Shown piece by piece: positions 25,253-39,871 of a DNA stretch of 64,000 nt. Source of the stretch: Kudoa neothunni (taxonomy: Eukaryota > Animalia > Cnidaria); NCBI GenBank assembly GCA_964304625.1, contig OZ199839.1, positions 11,636,578 through 11,700,577 on the forward strand, in the 5' to 3' direction. The first letter of the stretch is position 1; each line of letters starts with the position of its first letter. The notes under the pieces are model-generated. The model was not told where the DNA came from. It worked only from the letters and a program-made list of their open reading frames with translations, and did not search any database. The position numbers and the translations under genes were made by a program.

Positions 25253-28200
25253 ATGAAAATAATTTTGATAACATTATTTTTAATTGCCTCCAAAGTTTTG
25301 ACTAATGGTAGTAATTTCGATGTGAACAAATGAAAATTCAATTTTCACGTATTTATTACATAGTGAATAACTTGGAAGAATGTAATATTCATTACGCATA
25401 TAAGGCTAATTTGAATGTGCTGGATGTGAGTATAAACATTCCAAAGCGACCCGTATACATTGATGTCGGCTGGAAGTTGGTAAATTCACAAAGCAGAACC
25501 CCAATTCTGATGTCTCGGAAAAGTTTGATCAAATGTGATAGTGATGGTGCATGTCCTATGTCAATTTTTGACGTAAGCAGATTGAACTCCTATCTACTTT
25601 TCATTGATACAGACGCGTGCTTACAAAGAGAGCCACTAAAAATATACAGAGGTAAATTTCAGGATAACCAATTAGATAAAAATCTCATCCCTATTATCTA
25701 GATAGAATAAATATTGATATTGATTATATTATAACTGAAGATTCAAAAATAGTACTTCAAAGTGAACTCTTTAAGCATAAGAAATATATGTGTCACATTA
25801 TTATACGAGGAAAAAATCATTATAGTGCTGTTAGATTAGCATATGAGTCAATATACAATTATTGTGATGAACCTTTTTATACTATACCCCAAAATTTCCT
25901 CGGTGTGATATTGACAGTTGAAGTAAAGGACATAAGTTATCCGATTGATGTTACTATTAAAAGTGATTTAATATTTTAGTTATTTTTCATAACTCATTTA
26001 GAAAATATGTTGAGAGAGAATCCATATTTATTTGATATTATTGACATTCATAGAATTATGATAGAATTTGATAAGAATTCTTTTGATAATTATAATTTAT
26101 ATTTGATTGATAATCTTCAATTCAATGAAGAAAAATCTGAGCTCTATCAAAAAGAAAACAAAGTGTCAAAAAGAACGCAGTCATCTAGTCGGAAAATTTT
26201 ATTGCGATTATTCTTTTATTTTTGTCAGAGTATCTTAGATTAGAGAATATTGAAAACAAAAAAAGTTTTCTATTACACATGCATCTACGTAAGAAAATTA
26301 TTACAGATTTTAATATAATTGAATTTAGGTAATATTGAGGAAGATATAACTCTGATTAATGAATTTAGTCGGTTCAAAATAATTGTAGACTCAAATTATT
26401 ATGGATATCCTATCAGATACGTATTGGATGAATATAATGGAGATAAATTAGAGAAAAGATTTACTTGTAATGAAGACGATAGAAGTGGTTGCATTGGATT
26501 TGTTGTTGATAATGTTGTTATTTTTGAAAAGGCATTACTAAAATCCTACAGAATAAAATGGAGGCATGGGTTCGAATATTTTGAAAAATTAATTCGATGG
26601 AAAGCTACGATGATAAAATTTTATCATTCAGTTGGGTCCAATAATATAAATGTTTGGTCAAATATACCAGTAGAATACAACCTAAGTTGTTTCTACACAT
26701 TGACTAGGGTTGATACTTTGTGGGATGGGTACCATGTGGCGGGAACTTACGATTCGTATGGCCCGCATTCTCATATTGGCTATAAATCATGCCAAAATTA
26801 CACAATTGACCTTTCGTCTATCACTCCCAAAACGTTGCACATATATATACCTCAGCTGAATTATGTGGATTCCATTAGAAATATATATGAAAAATATAAA
26901 TTTCGAATTTCTAAATTCGAAGATGGGCTCAAAATAACAACAGTTTTCAGAAAAGAATATTGTAATATAGAATTTGTTGATTTAAAAAAAAAATTAAAGT
27001 ACATGTATTCCAAAGAAACTATGTTCAGTCAAAGTTATGATGCATATACCTGTGAATCTAAATATTCGTATCCATCAGATATTGAAAAAAGCAATATTGT
27101 TGGAATTTATTTAAAATCACTTGAAACAGACAGCGTCTTCTATGTTGATCTACTTTACAGTAATAAATACAATATGATGTATGATAATTTATTAAAACAT
27201 ATAATAGACGATGAAGACTTCAATGTACAAATTAGTCGGTCAGTTTCTGGCCAACTGAGCCTTGAATTTACAGAACCAATGGATATTACTTCATTAGATT
27301 ATATAAAGATATTTCAAGTGGATGGTCTTAAAAATGACTTGCAATTATTTCATAAGGAATCTAATTGGAAAAGCGATGTTAGGGGAAAATTATCCCAATT
27401 AGGATTGGGAGTATTATTAGCTAAAACTGTTTACTTAAAGATAAAATTTCAATCTGGTTCCATTTTTAACAAAATTCTATCATTGCGTAAGAAAAATTTG
27501 GTTGATGTGTTTATATGAATTTTTATTTTAGCTGATATTTCGGTGGATCCTTATGTGAAAGTTAATGAAAGAAATGTTGAAATTATTCCTCTGAATGTCG
27601 TAAATGTTGAAGGAGAATGTAAATTGGTGTTAGATTCATACAATGGATCTGACGAATATACAACATTAAGACAATCTTATATCGATAAATGCAACGAAAA
27701 AATAGTTATTGAGAATCTAAAAAAGAAAAATGATATTTATATCTACAGAGACAACCAACTGATTATTAGACAATCCTTCACTTTATGTATGATTAAATTA
27801 TTCCATTAAGGAAATTCCAAATGAATATTGCAAATATAATAATTACTTTAAATATTTACTGAAATATGAAATATTAATTACACTATTAAATTGTACTATT
27901 TTTTATAATATTATGATTATATTTAATAGTTTATTATTTAAAACTATAAGTATAATTGATTCAATATTATAATCTTGATAAATTATAGACAACAAAAATT
28001 TGATAACTGGACTGGAATACTATAATGATAAAATTTTGATTCGTCACAATAAACAAATTAATGAAGATTCAAGTTGCACGATTGAGGTTAAAGAGATTGA
28101 TACAAATGTACAAATATTATCTCAAAAATGCAATCCTGCTACAGATTCCTGTAATGCTATTAAAGATTGTACTAATGTCACCATTGATATGGTATATAAT

Positions 28201-31200
28201 AAGATATTTAAGCTTAAACTTTCCGTCAATGATGATGTGGAAGAGGTTAACGTTCGAGAAAGTGATTATATGGAAATTAGTAAAATGCTTTAAATAATTA
28301 TTAATGATAGTTCCATTTGAGATAATTTGGGAACACCGGTGGGAGAAAAACACATTAAAAATATTCCATCGAATGTCTGGTATTGATGTCAAATGCTGTT
28401 ACAAATTCGGTGTCACTAATAAATCCAAAAATAAACATTTAAATGGAAGCAAAATGTTTCATAATTGTCGGCCCGTAGAATGCAATAACTTTATCTACAG
28501 GCCTCGATCACTTTATGATTTATCGAAAAATTATACACACATAATTTTTAGTTATCAAATTGAAAGAAAAACCTCTGTCAAGTATTACAATATAGGTATG
28601 TTTAATATTGTAGGCACTTGTCTCATTTTTGTCTATTGCAGTAAGGCCTTGATATAGATTAATTAATGATTGATTAGTGTTTGTCAACATAAAAAGTTCA
28701 CTAAATTCTGTTAGTTAACCTTTGAAGAGTTCTAAATACTAAATTTAATTTTTGGTTTAATCAAATTCAAAATTATAGAAATTGGTGGCCTCGCTATTGC
28801 GTGGTTTTTTGGTAAAATAATCCGATTAGTCCTATATTTTATTATTATATAAACAATGTTAGGAATATCTCAGAGAAGCATAGAAGATAAAATCCTAATA
28901 ATTCAATATTACGAATTGTTTAATGCGAAGATCAGGTGTCAATATGATGATAATGAAGCATGTTCGCCTACGAAGTATTGACCAGATTTTAGTTTTCGAG
29001 AAAGAAGAATAGGTCATTCCCCTCTATCTGTGCGATATTATTAAATAAAGTTACTTGGTGTGTGCAAGAATTTCGATTGAGTGAATACGAATTTCACTTG
29101 GAAAATACAACCAGATTGAGAGTGGGTTGAATAATTGGATTGTTAGTATGCGAGCAAAAAAGAGACAAAATTTAGAATTACGGAAAGGCAATTCTTGAGA
29201 AAACATGATTCTGATCAAAAAATTTCATTTTAGTGATGGGTGGTTTTGTAAATTCAAAATTGGTTGAGTTTAAATAACAGCAAGCTCGATAAATAGGCAA
29301 CTAGCGCTGATATGTCAGTTAATGAATGATTGAAAAACTTTTAGAAGAAATAAGTAATTATAGTCATAAAAATAATTTTAATCCTGATAAATCTATTCTT
29401 TGCGAAAAACTTTCCCAGTGTACACATACATTAAAAAGGAAATCTATGAGAGAGGTTGAAAAAATAAAATAAATAATTTCCCCTTTGGTAACTGACTCAT
29501 TATACGGCAATAGCTATTGCTTTATGTTGTTGGTAAGTTTCAACGAAATAGCTGAATATCTGTAGCCATTTTTTATCTGATACTAAAGGACGTAGATAAT
29601 AAATTTATTGAAAAAAGTGGAAACGATTATATACTACGAGATCAATACCTTTCTTAACTCAATAAATAATACATTTAAAAATATCAAATGAATTTTTCTC
29701 CCTAAAATTGTAACTAGCAACGTGCAGGCAATCAGCCTCAGTATTATTCTTAGTTTCAAAACTAATTATGCATAGATTTCGTACACAATTCTTTTATTTA
29801 ACGTGGATACCACAAATGCCTCGGGATACACGATATAATGCTGTTTAAATACCCTAAAAAATGTCTGAGAAACAATCAGTAGTTTTGTTATCGTAAATTG
29901 TTTCAAGAATCCTCCTATTTTTGGTAGTTGTGGTTTATTCGATTAAAAATATTTAATATATATAATAATAAATAATTAATTGATTCTAATTATGAAATGT
30001 ATGTAATTATTAATGGGACTATTTGTGTCTCGTTTGCTTCGATTATTTTAGAAGATCTCGATGATGTTGTCGATATGGATGCCACTGAAACTGTTTATGA
30101 TAATTAATCTGAGAGCTATGGCATAAGAAACTAAAAATTCCTGTTCATAATTAATATGGCGACTTTGATTTCGAATACAAACAGTTTCAACGAAACAACT
30201 AAAAGTCTCAATCAGCATAATTAGAAAAACCTTCAGCCCTGTTCCCTCTACATCCTGTTATGGATCGTTATAGGAAATATTTAAACCACAAAAAACTAAA
30301 ATGAATTTCTATCTCGTCAAAAAATTTTAATATTAATATTTTGTGAGCATGCTCGAGACCTCGATATGCGAGGAGCCTCGTTTTTGCGTGGTAAATCGCA
30401 TTCCCCACAAAACCTCCCTATATCGAGGCTTTACTGTAATTTTTTAATGGCTGAGATACATTAAAAAACTAAAGTTGTTCTCGATCTATCTTATGCTTAA
30501 AAATACTATTAATTTTCAAACGGGACCTGATAGGACCTCTATTATTTGTTTAATTTAATATACAATCTTAACGTTTTTATTTTAAACAACAAATAAACCA
30601 ATATGAAATCAAATTAAAAGTATTATTTATAGATTTCTTTAAATTATATACGTTAACGTTGAAATGAAATGATAGCATAATTCTTATGTATTAATAATGG
30701 TTAATCATGAATTTTTCATAACAAAGGTGTTTCCGTTCAGAGACAAATGCATATGAATATTGGAAATCATATCCATTCGAATTTTAAAATGTTGACATAT
30801 ATTTTATCTAAAATACATAAATTGGATGAGTAGATATTTTTGATTTCGCTAAAGTAATTTAAAGCAAATATTTTATTGTTTAAATTTAATTATGTAAAAT
30901 TCTTCATTTTCTGCAACAGAAAAGAATGAAGTATTTAAGTTTTTTAGGCACACGTTATTTCCTTACGTAGGTTGTATTGTTATAATGTCGACAACTCAAA
31001 ATTTAGAAATAAAACGATAACTGATAATCAGAAAAATTAAAATATATTATAACTATTACTTAAGATTGTTCAAATTTATAACATTTTTTATTTATCACTC
31101 GTATATCTATTACTATATATTTCATATTTAAGAATGGATGTAATATGTTAAACTCGCTCATCCTTTATATAAAATAAATATTAGAACAAAATTATTATTA

Positions 31201-31646
31201 AATTTAATATTAGTTAAAAATTTGTGAGTTTAAATAATTTTCTTAAGATTGTATAATTTTATTCTGAATTGACCCTACTAAAAATGAAATTCACGGATGA
31301 GACTTGTGTTACTTGTGCAAATATAATATAACATTTATTATAAATAAATATATTAGGTCATTCCAAGCATGATTATATGCTTGCGAAATACGGTGATTCA
31401 ATTTATTATAGACCCATTTTTGAAGCAGAAGTAACAGAAACATCCGATCAAATGTGGTATGTACATAAAGGTGGATTATTGAAAAAAGTTACGGAAAACA
31501 CAAAGAAAATAGATGTTAATAAACTGACATGCATGTCATTAAAACCAGAAGCCAAATTTGACTACAAATTAATTATCAACCATGGAGCCGCCCAAACAGC
31601 AATTTTTATTGATTATTATCCTGAAAAGAATACGGTATATTGTTGA
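25253..31646 (+). CDS. Segment A: signal peptide plus ~11 tandem ~95-aa beta-sandwich-like modules (5' part of the giant adhesion GPCR, or a secreted paralog)
   Basis: Signal exon 25253-25307 (MKIILITLFLIASKVLTN). Phase-1 exons 25364-25651, 25702-25962, 26002-26288 (two +1 homopolymer frameshifts), 26329-27486 (~4 modules), 27532-27786, 27989-28261, 28311-28595, 31357-31634/31646. The first module is 288 nt and ends QREPLKIYRG, like the D modules of segment C (QKKEPILIKRG). Confidence 0.7.
28639..30436 (+). mobile_element. Decayed pogo/Tigger transposon in an intron of segment A
   Basis: TIRs cagtaaggccttgatatag and ctatatcgaggctttactg-TA (17/19 match). Relic CENP-B HTH (GKY..IE..L..WI..MR, FSDGW..KFK) and FLP..TS..Q....II.SFK motifs. 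Confidence 0.8.
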
Positions 31647-34420
31647 CTTGATAACCAATATTAAATTAATATATTATAAATGATTCTGTAATTGGATTGA
31701 TTAACGTAAATTATATTTTTTACTTTAAATAGAATAAATATTAACATTTTTATAATTTTAATCTTTTAAAGTTATTAAAATCGATCTTTATCAAAGTATA
31801 GAGTAATTAATATTTTGTAGATTTGACTAAAAAATGGGATAATTAATTGTTAAATATTTAAATATATCTTTTAAGTCAGATCTGACCATTATAACAGTAT
31901 GAACGACATATTTATATTTTTGAATATTAACTGATACTTTAAGTTTAGTTTAATAGTTTGAAATAAAGTTTAATAAGATTTCATTCAATTTAATGCAACC
32001 TAATGCGGTTTTGACCGATATAGAGATATTTTCCGTTTTTGAAGCAATAATATAAAATAAATATTGTTAATATTAATAATTTAGGTTATCATGTTTGATA
32101 TTTTCAGAATCTAATTTAATAAATATTATAATTATAATATTACGGACTAATTTAATGTAGGGTTGCATCGATATCAAGTTTTTGCTTGTGATCGATTTCG
32201 TTAATTTTCCAATATTGTAAAATAATACCATGAAAACATAAATTTTTTGAAAAATTAATAGGATGTCTATGCCGCATTTCAAAATTTAACCTAAAATTAG
32301 TAATGTTTAACTTTATTGACGTCCAATGCATTTTTTTAATACTATCACGCATTATAACTAAAAAAGTATAAATTATTTAATATATATATTTCTATATTTA
32401 TTATATTTCTGAAATAGAGATATGGAATGGGTGAGTATGATAACACCTTTGTTTGCTTCAAGAACTATACATTTTGATATATTAATTTAACGTGACATGA
32501 TACGTTATGCTTGTTACGGCATAGCAAATGATTTTTACGTTTTTTAAAATAATTTATTTTACTCTTATTTATGTGTAACTAACCCATTTAGTTGTTTATC
32601 GTATTAACTACTGTACTTTTAAATTCCATTTATGAAATATGTATGAATTATTTTGTGGAGTTCATAAAGTGATACCAATTAATCCATCTATACATTCATT
32701 CTATATGAATAAAATCCTTTGTGTGTCAACGTGTGTCCATAAGTACGCATGTGCGACTAAAATATTTTCCATATAGAGAGACATTTATGAAATTTTTCAG
32801 GAATCACCACGTTTCAAAAAATCTTTAAATTGTGTTTACATTACCGAATATTCCCAAAGGTGTTTATAAAATAATGATTTTGTCGATTTAAAGTTTGTTA
32901 AGCAGATTACATGAGTCCAATTGTAGGATTAACGCCAGCTTATGTCATGGTGACCGTCGGTTGAAATTAACTTTTCCCCCTTATATGCTCCATCAAATGT
33001 AAATTGAGCGACAGAATCTGACTTTTATTTATTTTTGACCTGGTACTTTGTGTGTCTGCACTAATACACTCTCTATGTCGGGAGTTTTAATGTATTTGAC
33101 TCGATAAGCACACTTCGAAGGTTCTATTACTCGTTTTAGACATAGAAAAAAGTCAATATTCGCATCTTTAATAGCGAATTGGTAGAGCATGCTATAATAT
33201 GATGGATTAAAGAATTATAATTAGAGGCCGTAGTTTTCGACGACTATTTTTAAAAAATTCTACGTTTATTTAAAAACTCGCGTATGCGCATCAGAAAACA
33301 TTATTATCAAGCATAATGTCAATGAAATAAACATGAATATAATTTTTTAGAAAATTTTTCCTTAAAATATAATATTTAAAGCATTCTCAGTCGTTCAAAC
33401 GCCGAATGCACAGTATAGCATTTGAGAAAATGCTTTAATTTTGAGATACTTCTTTCCACGGCTGTAGGTGAGAGTGATGTATGCACCGATTCTAGGCCCA
33501 CCCTAGATAATATGAGATACTTCGATTTGTTTATTCTCTATTATCCAAGACCTATCATTTTATCTTTTCTTGTTGATCGACGTTAACATATTTTGGTATA
33601 TTTTTAAGATTAATTTACCAATTTTAATCTATTTATCTATTTACTTGGATATATAATTTCCCATTCATCTGCTTTTTCCGTCCATAATAAAATGAAAAAG
33701 AATCGGCGAACTATCTCGATTATAACAGTAAAAGTAGAAATATGTTAAAAATTTCGACACTTTAGACGTTTATCGATTTCAATCGAAAATTACGAACCCT
33801 AATTAAAATTGATGAAAAAAAGCAACCCTTCAAAAATATTACTTTAAATGTTAAATTATGTAGGTGACAATAATATTTTTAATATTTAACAAATTGAGTA
33901 CAAACTCAAACATGTTAATTGGGAGATTCATTATATACAGCCAAAGTTACCACATTAATCGAAGAAGTGGCTTAAAAAAAGATTAGTCTATTTGAGCTAA
34001 AAAATGTGATTGTGCTCTCAAGAACTGGATTCATGCAAAAAGGTCCAGTAGGGTATTCTGATTTGCATCACTTTTATTAAAAACGTCGACAACATGAGGA
34101 AGAAAAAGTCATGTCAGACAGTTATATACTAAAACCAATTATTTCCTGAAATACAACGACCAACTATAAGTCCTTCTATTTCACTCTTTTACACAACTAT
34201 AGATCTTATCCAAACGATTGATCTAATTAATAATGCTTATCAATATCAAAGTGTTTCTACAACGATTAAACAACCATATTTCAAGTCATCAACCTGTGCA
34301 AAATTTTTCGTACATTTTAAAACAATGAATTCTGATAATTCATAATACTAGTACATTATGAAACCATCTTCCATATCATATTACATATTTCTTTATAACG
34401 TTTCCAAAAAAGATGTTTAA

Positions 34421-35700
34421 CTTTCTGATTGCTTTCGGGTCTAATAGACCACAGAGCATTTTGTGATCAAAATTTTTTGTACTTGTTGGTCTCAAACACA
34501 ATTTAAATCCCGTGTAATCTCCCAAAATACACACATGAATATTTCAATCAGTTATTTTATAAAAATATTAAAGTTATAAGGGAAATAAACACAATTTATA
34601 CACTTGGTGTTTTGGGGGCTGTATTAGACCCCGCAATTTTATAGACTTAAACAACTGTAAAAATTATTTTATGCATCATATCAAAATTAAAGCAGATTCT
34701 ATCGTACATTTTCAGAGAAAATAAGGAAACAGGTATCGACGATATTCAGCGAGAAATGCCGAAGACATCTCTAGAAATACGAGCGCCTCGGTTGACATAA
34801 ATTATGAAGATTACGAAAGCGATGACAACAAATCCATTAATATATTACAATTTATTCATAACTTTTCAAAACCTTTCGAATTCTATTATGGTGATGTTGA
34901 CTCTCCCAATATATTTTCAAAAAATATGGCGTAATGTGTTCCATTGAAATCCCAAAAACCTCAAAGTGTGCACATAAAATATTATGAACGTTGTCCTGGT
35001 GTTTCCGCTTATTTAACCCGTAGAATACAGGAATTTGTGGAGTGCTCAGATATACTTTTTCGTGGTGGCGTTTATTAAAACTTAATGTGGAATACAAATA
35101 CAATTGTTCTGTATTGTTTTAATCGATTTTATTTGTGCAAAAAAATTAATGTACACAACACTAACTTACAAAACACTAAAATAGGAATAACGTGCTACCA
35201 CTCGTTAATTCATGTTTACATAGTAATACACAACTGTTAATCCTTTACACGAAATTTAATCCCATGCATGCAACATATATCGTCATACTCTTTGCTGAGA
35301 ATAATTTTAAATCAACATTTTTGTGCCTACATAGGTGTACTTACTTATACGATAATATTGAAATCTCGATTGGAGTTTTTAAAAATATTTTGGAATAAAG
35401 ATAAAAGCAGAAAAATATTCGATAAGTGTGAACAAATTCTTCCTATTTGCCTAATACCCTGTTCGATTTTAACAGCTGATGAACAGTTGATTGCTTCTAG
35501 AAGGAAATATCCTTTCGTACAATACATTCCTTATAAATCGACAGTCTACGGAATCAAATTATTCTAGTTTGTTGTTACATCCACTAGCTTTTATCGTAAT
35601 ACTTCTGTCTCCCTGTGTAAACAAAATAACCAAAAAGCTAAATGTTTCGGAGAAAATATTATTTTAGATCTTGTGTCGTACCTAAAAACAGTAGTCGAAA
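34421..35700 (+). mobile_element. piggyBac relic (5' part) containing a Penelope-like fragment
   Basis: TTAA|C.. end with a gggtctaatagacc motif echoed at 34616-34633. ORF 35268-35567 has LTADEQLIASRRKYPFVQYIPYKSTVYGIK (PGBD catalytic region). Confidence 0.7.
34852..35103 (-). mobile_element. Penelope-like RT N-terminal fragment
   Basis: TPQIPVFYGLNKRKH matches the Penelope RT motif PxFYGLPKxHK. Confidence 0.5.
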
Positions 35701-37063
35701 AACAACGAATTCATACATTCTTTGTTTAAGACTTTGTTGTAAAAAAGCTCTCAGTTTCTCGAAAGAAATTACATTTAATGTGTTATGATAATGCATTTCT
35801 TTCATTTTACCTCAATTAACTTAAGATAAATATCAATTAAAATTTGTGTTGTCGTAAACGTCTTCAGATTCATTTGAACCATTAATCAGTTGTATCGAAT
35901 TTGTTAATTTAATACGTTTATTTTTATTTTTATGAATAATAATAGAATACCTTTTGAACGAAAAGCCGAATTAATAATATGCATAAACAGTTATCACTAC
36001 TTATTAGATCTTGCGCTATATTTTATAAACAACCATTCAGCATGCTCATTAATGATATAATTTTAATTAAACCATCAATAGCATGTTGAAAACAGATTAT
36101 TTTGTGAATAAAAAACTATGATTATCACACAAGATTGGAACGAACCAACTTTAATATACAGTTAATTCTACCGTTGGAACATTAATCCCTCTCGTATATA
36201 GTCGTTATGTCATGTTTTTACAATAGTGTCTTAATTCATCGACAGAATTTTTTCCAAATTAGCATACAATCTTAAAACAAATTTCCGCCTTTAATGAGCC
36301 AATAAAAATGTATAGTAAATTTTGAGGCGCTCGGAAAGTTAATTAGAATAAATAAAGCTATATAATTACATGATTTATGTTTTCTTAAAACTTGCTACAT
36401 GTAAAAATTATATAATTATAGGCATAAGTAAACAATAAAAAGGGATTTGTTTAATATCTAATTATCAATAAAATAATTTTAAAAATGTTTTTCCGTGAAT
36501 TTATTTTTCTGACTGATATTGTAAATTCTAGAATATGGTCACCCATTGAACACACTGGTGGTTCATAACAGCATTTCTTATAATATTAAATCTAATATAA
36601 TAATGAGGATAATATTACTTTTAGTTTATAAAGCAATGACAGAATTTCTCAGCTTTTTAAAGTGTAACGCACGCTTGCGAAGTATCTGTCTATTGCGTGA
36701 CCTCTCTCTAGTCTAGTTGAACCACGCAAAAGCCACGTCAAACTGTGTATCAAAAGGGGTAACAAATTAATTTAAATGATATTATGTGTTAAATAAAAGT
36801 TAAAATAATATTATCGCCAAATTTATTAAGTGTGTATAATATAAAATCGTATTAATATATAATAAATTAAATAATTTCAAAAAACAATAACCGTTTAGTT
36901 TTTTGCAAAAAATATATAGTGCAAATATAAAATATGTTCCTTTTGTAACAGATCTTCTGGCCATTTTTTTGTTATTCAAAATTAACCAATTTATCTTAAT
37001 ATTTTATTATAATAAGAATTAATATTTGATGATTAAGATATATTTTAGTTAAATTCACATGTA

Positions 37064-39411
37064 CAGTCAACAACGGTTACTGCGCACTTTTGGGGGAATG
37101 GCAAAAAGGTGTGCGATACACATTCTGTGCCCAAGATTCCCCTAATTGTGCATGAGTGTAAGATAAAACGCAATTATTTTCTTTGAAACAAACTAATTAA
37201 CATTTATTTTTTAGAAAAATTGTTATAAACTACATTTCTTCGTATATTTCACAATTTTAGATATCCTATCCATCACGGGATAGAAATCATTCAATCTATA
37301 TGAGTGTTAAGTTGAAATGTTCAGTGTATTTCTGAGATAGCATTCTTCAGTTTCTCCGCCTTTAATAAGTACGTGAGGTGGTAATTTTCATTGTAATTTG
37401 CATCATATTAAGAAATTTTATTCCAAATAAATGGATTGTCCTTATAAGAATAAAAATAAGATTCCATAATTTCACATGTTTTCATGATCTAACTGATTAA
37501 TAATGATACAACCACCTTGTTGAATTTATCAAAACTTTAAAAGTTGAGAATTAAAGATAAGCTTGATCGTCTTGTGTATCTAGAAAGGTGTTCCTTCCGA
37601 ATAGTTGAAATAATTTTTTTAATTCAATTTAACGAATTTAATTATAAACAGATTTGGATTTATCAAGGTCCGGTTGGGTAAGAAAAAACAAAAGATCTAC
37701 GTAAGAATCATGACATATATGGGTGCGCGGGTGTTAATAATGAAGTTTTTATTTTACATTTGATTTTGAAATTCTGTGATTTCATCTTATATAATCGTTT
37801 ATGATTATATTCATTTTATTTTGTTGACAATGATGCAATTAGATTCTATTACATTTGAAGAACGTAATAAAATATTTTTATAAAAAACGGGTTTAAAAAT
37901 GTTAATTTTTAAATCTAAAACATACAGTTTGTTCCATTATATCATTCGCTTATAATACTTATCATTTATAATTATAGGCATTTTTTGTATTTAAAAACAA
38001 TTTCGATTATACCACTAAAATTTTTAAATATTTACAATTAAACATCATTTTCAATAAGAAATAATAATGTTTTAGTTTTTAAATTTTTTGGTCATTTTTC
38101 TCTCACCTAATTTAAAAGGTATTTAATTAATAATGGAAGACATTGATCATTGAATTTTTTTCAACCGTTTTTTCCCGCATAATAATAACAATAATAATAC
38201 GAATTTATACGTCATTTATAATAAAAAATATATCATACGTTTGATAAATTTATTTGAAAATTGTTTAACATAATTATTTAACATATACAAAATTACCATT
38301 GTCATTATAATGACCAACAAATCCACATAGAGTAAAAAGTCTTAACATTAACTTGTTCTTTTTATTTGTCTATAATTTAATTAATTGATGAAACTCTTAC
38401 TATTATAGATAAATTTTATATTAAAAGTTACATAAAATTAAAGCAATATCGATTTCAGGAGTACAACAAAAATATTTCCTTGCTGAAGAGCAAAATTACA
38501 TGACCTATGCAATTGTAACAAAATCTTTCGTCTCCTGTAATCATTTTCATCTCTTTATATGTGTAGATTCTCTTAAACATAAATACATCCGTGTAACGAT
38601 AGTATGCACATTTGGGAGAATTTAAAATGGAACAAAATACAAATTTAGCTCCATATTACCGTTAGATTGCACAGACATAAAACAAAACTTAGTAATATTT
38701 CGAGATTAATGTAGTGTATGATTATTTGCAAACATGTTACACGTGTCAATTATTTGTTTATTACATCATTTTAATATTTCATATAAGATTTACTGAATGA
38801 GTTAATCCATCAAAACTATTATATACATTTCTCACAAATTTTAGAGAATAGATATTTTAGTTTATTATTAATCTTTAATTATTTATTTTAATTGATTCAT
38901 TAAAATGAATGAAAGTAAAATTTAGTTATTTTGTTATAATTGATTGTCGTTGGTCGGATTCTTCCAAGATTCAATCGGATCATATATATTTGATTTAACA
39001 TCAATATGATCACTGATATTAGGCTCTCAGGGATATATGTATAAACGAAATCAATTAATATTTAGTAATTATGTCCACAGTCTTTTATAAAAAATATTTA
39101 AATGCTATCCACATTGTTCTCATTATCCATTTGTCGTAGTTACATTATTTACATTAAATATAATAAAAATACTTTCTACATTGTTTTTAAAAAAAATTTA
39201 AATTTTATCAATAATTAAAACTCCGCCTTAATGGAGAAATTTATACTATATTTTTAGCATTTGTGAAAGGTTTTTTTTAAATAAATAATTCCAAATGTTT
39301 TTTTAATAGCTTAAAAGAGGTATAAGATGGAATTGCACCTTATAACGTGATAAAATAATGACACAACGAAAAATGCGTAGTATCGACCTACGCAATAACC
39401 GTTGTTGACTT
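37064..39411. mobile_element. pogo/Tigger-type element, highly decayed
   Basis: TA-cagtcaacaacggttactgcgca at the left end and its inverted copy tacgcaataaccgttgttgact(t)-TA at 39389-39413. Confidence 0.7.
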
Positions 39412-39871
39412 TAATCAAAACTAACAAACTAAGCATACACGTATAATGGTATCTTCTAGAATTAGAAATTTCATTATTTGTATTCATTGAAGACAGTGAT
39501 ATCTATGAAACCCTAATAAAATTGTAACGACAGAAAAAACAAAATTGATTTTATAATAATACTTCAACTAGAATCAATCAAAAATCTAAATAATAAATAA
39601 TGTAATAGTTGGAAATTGACTCATAATATCTTTCAATATTTTGTATAATATTCATATCTTATCAAATATTTTATTATTGTTACATTTCAAAATTTAAGAA
39701 ACAAATTAGAATAGCTATGCATTTAAAATTTATTTTAAATATTATTAATATAATGACTGACAGTATAATTTATGAGACGGGAATTATTTACGTTATTTGA
39801 AAAGAGCTAGAAACATATATATTATTTTAAATTAACAATATAATTTATTTTATCTTGAAAAAATTAATTAG

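Noticed and set aside
32780-34400. Possible Gypsy RT (VIEPS, PxG) and Helitron Rep traces
   Set aside because: Only two or three short degenerate motifs each; could be chance.
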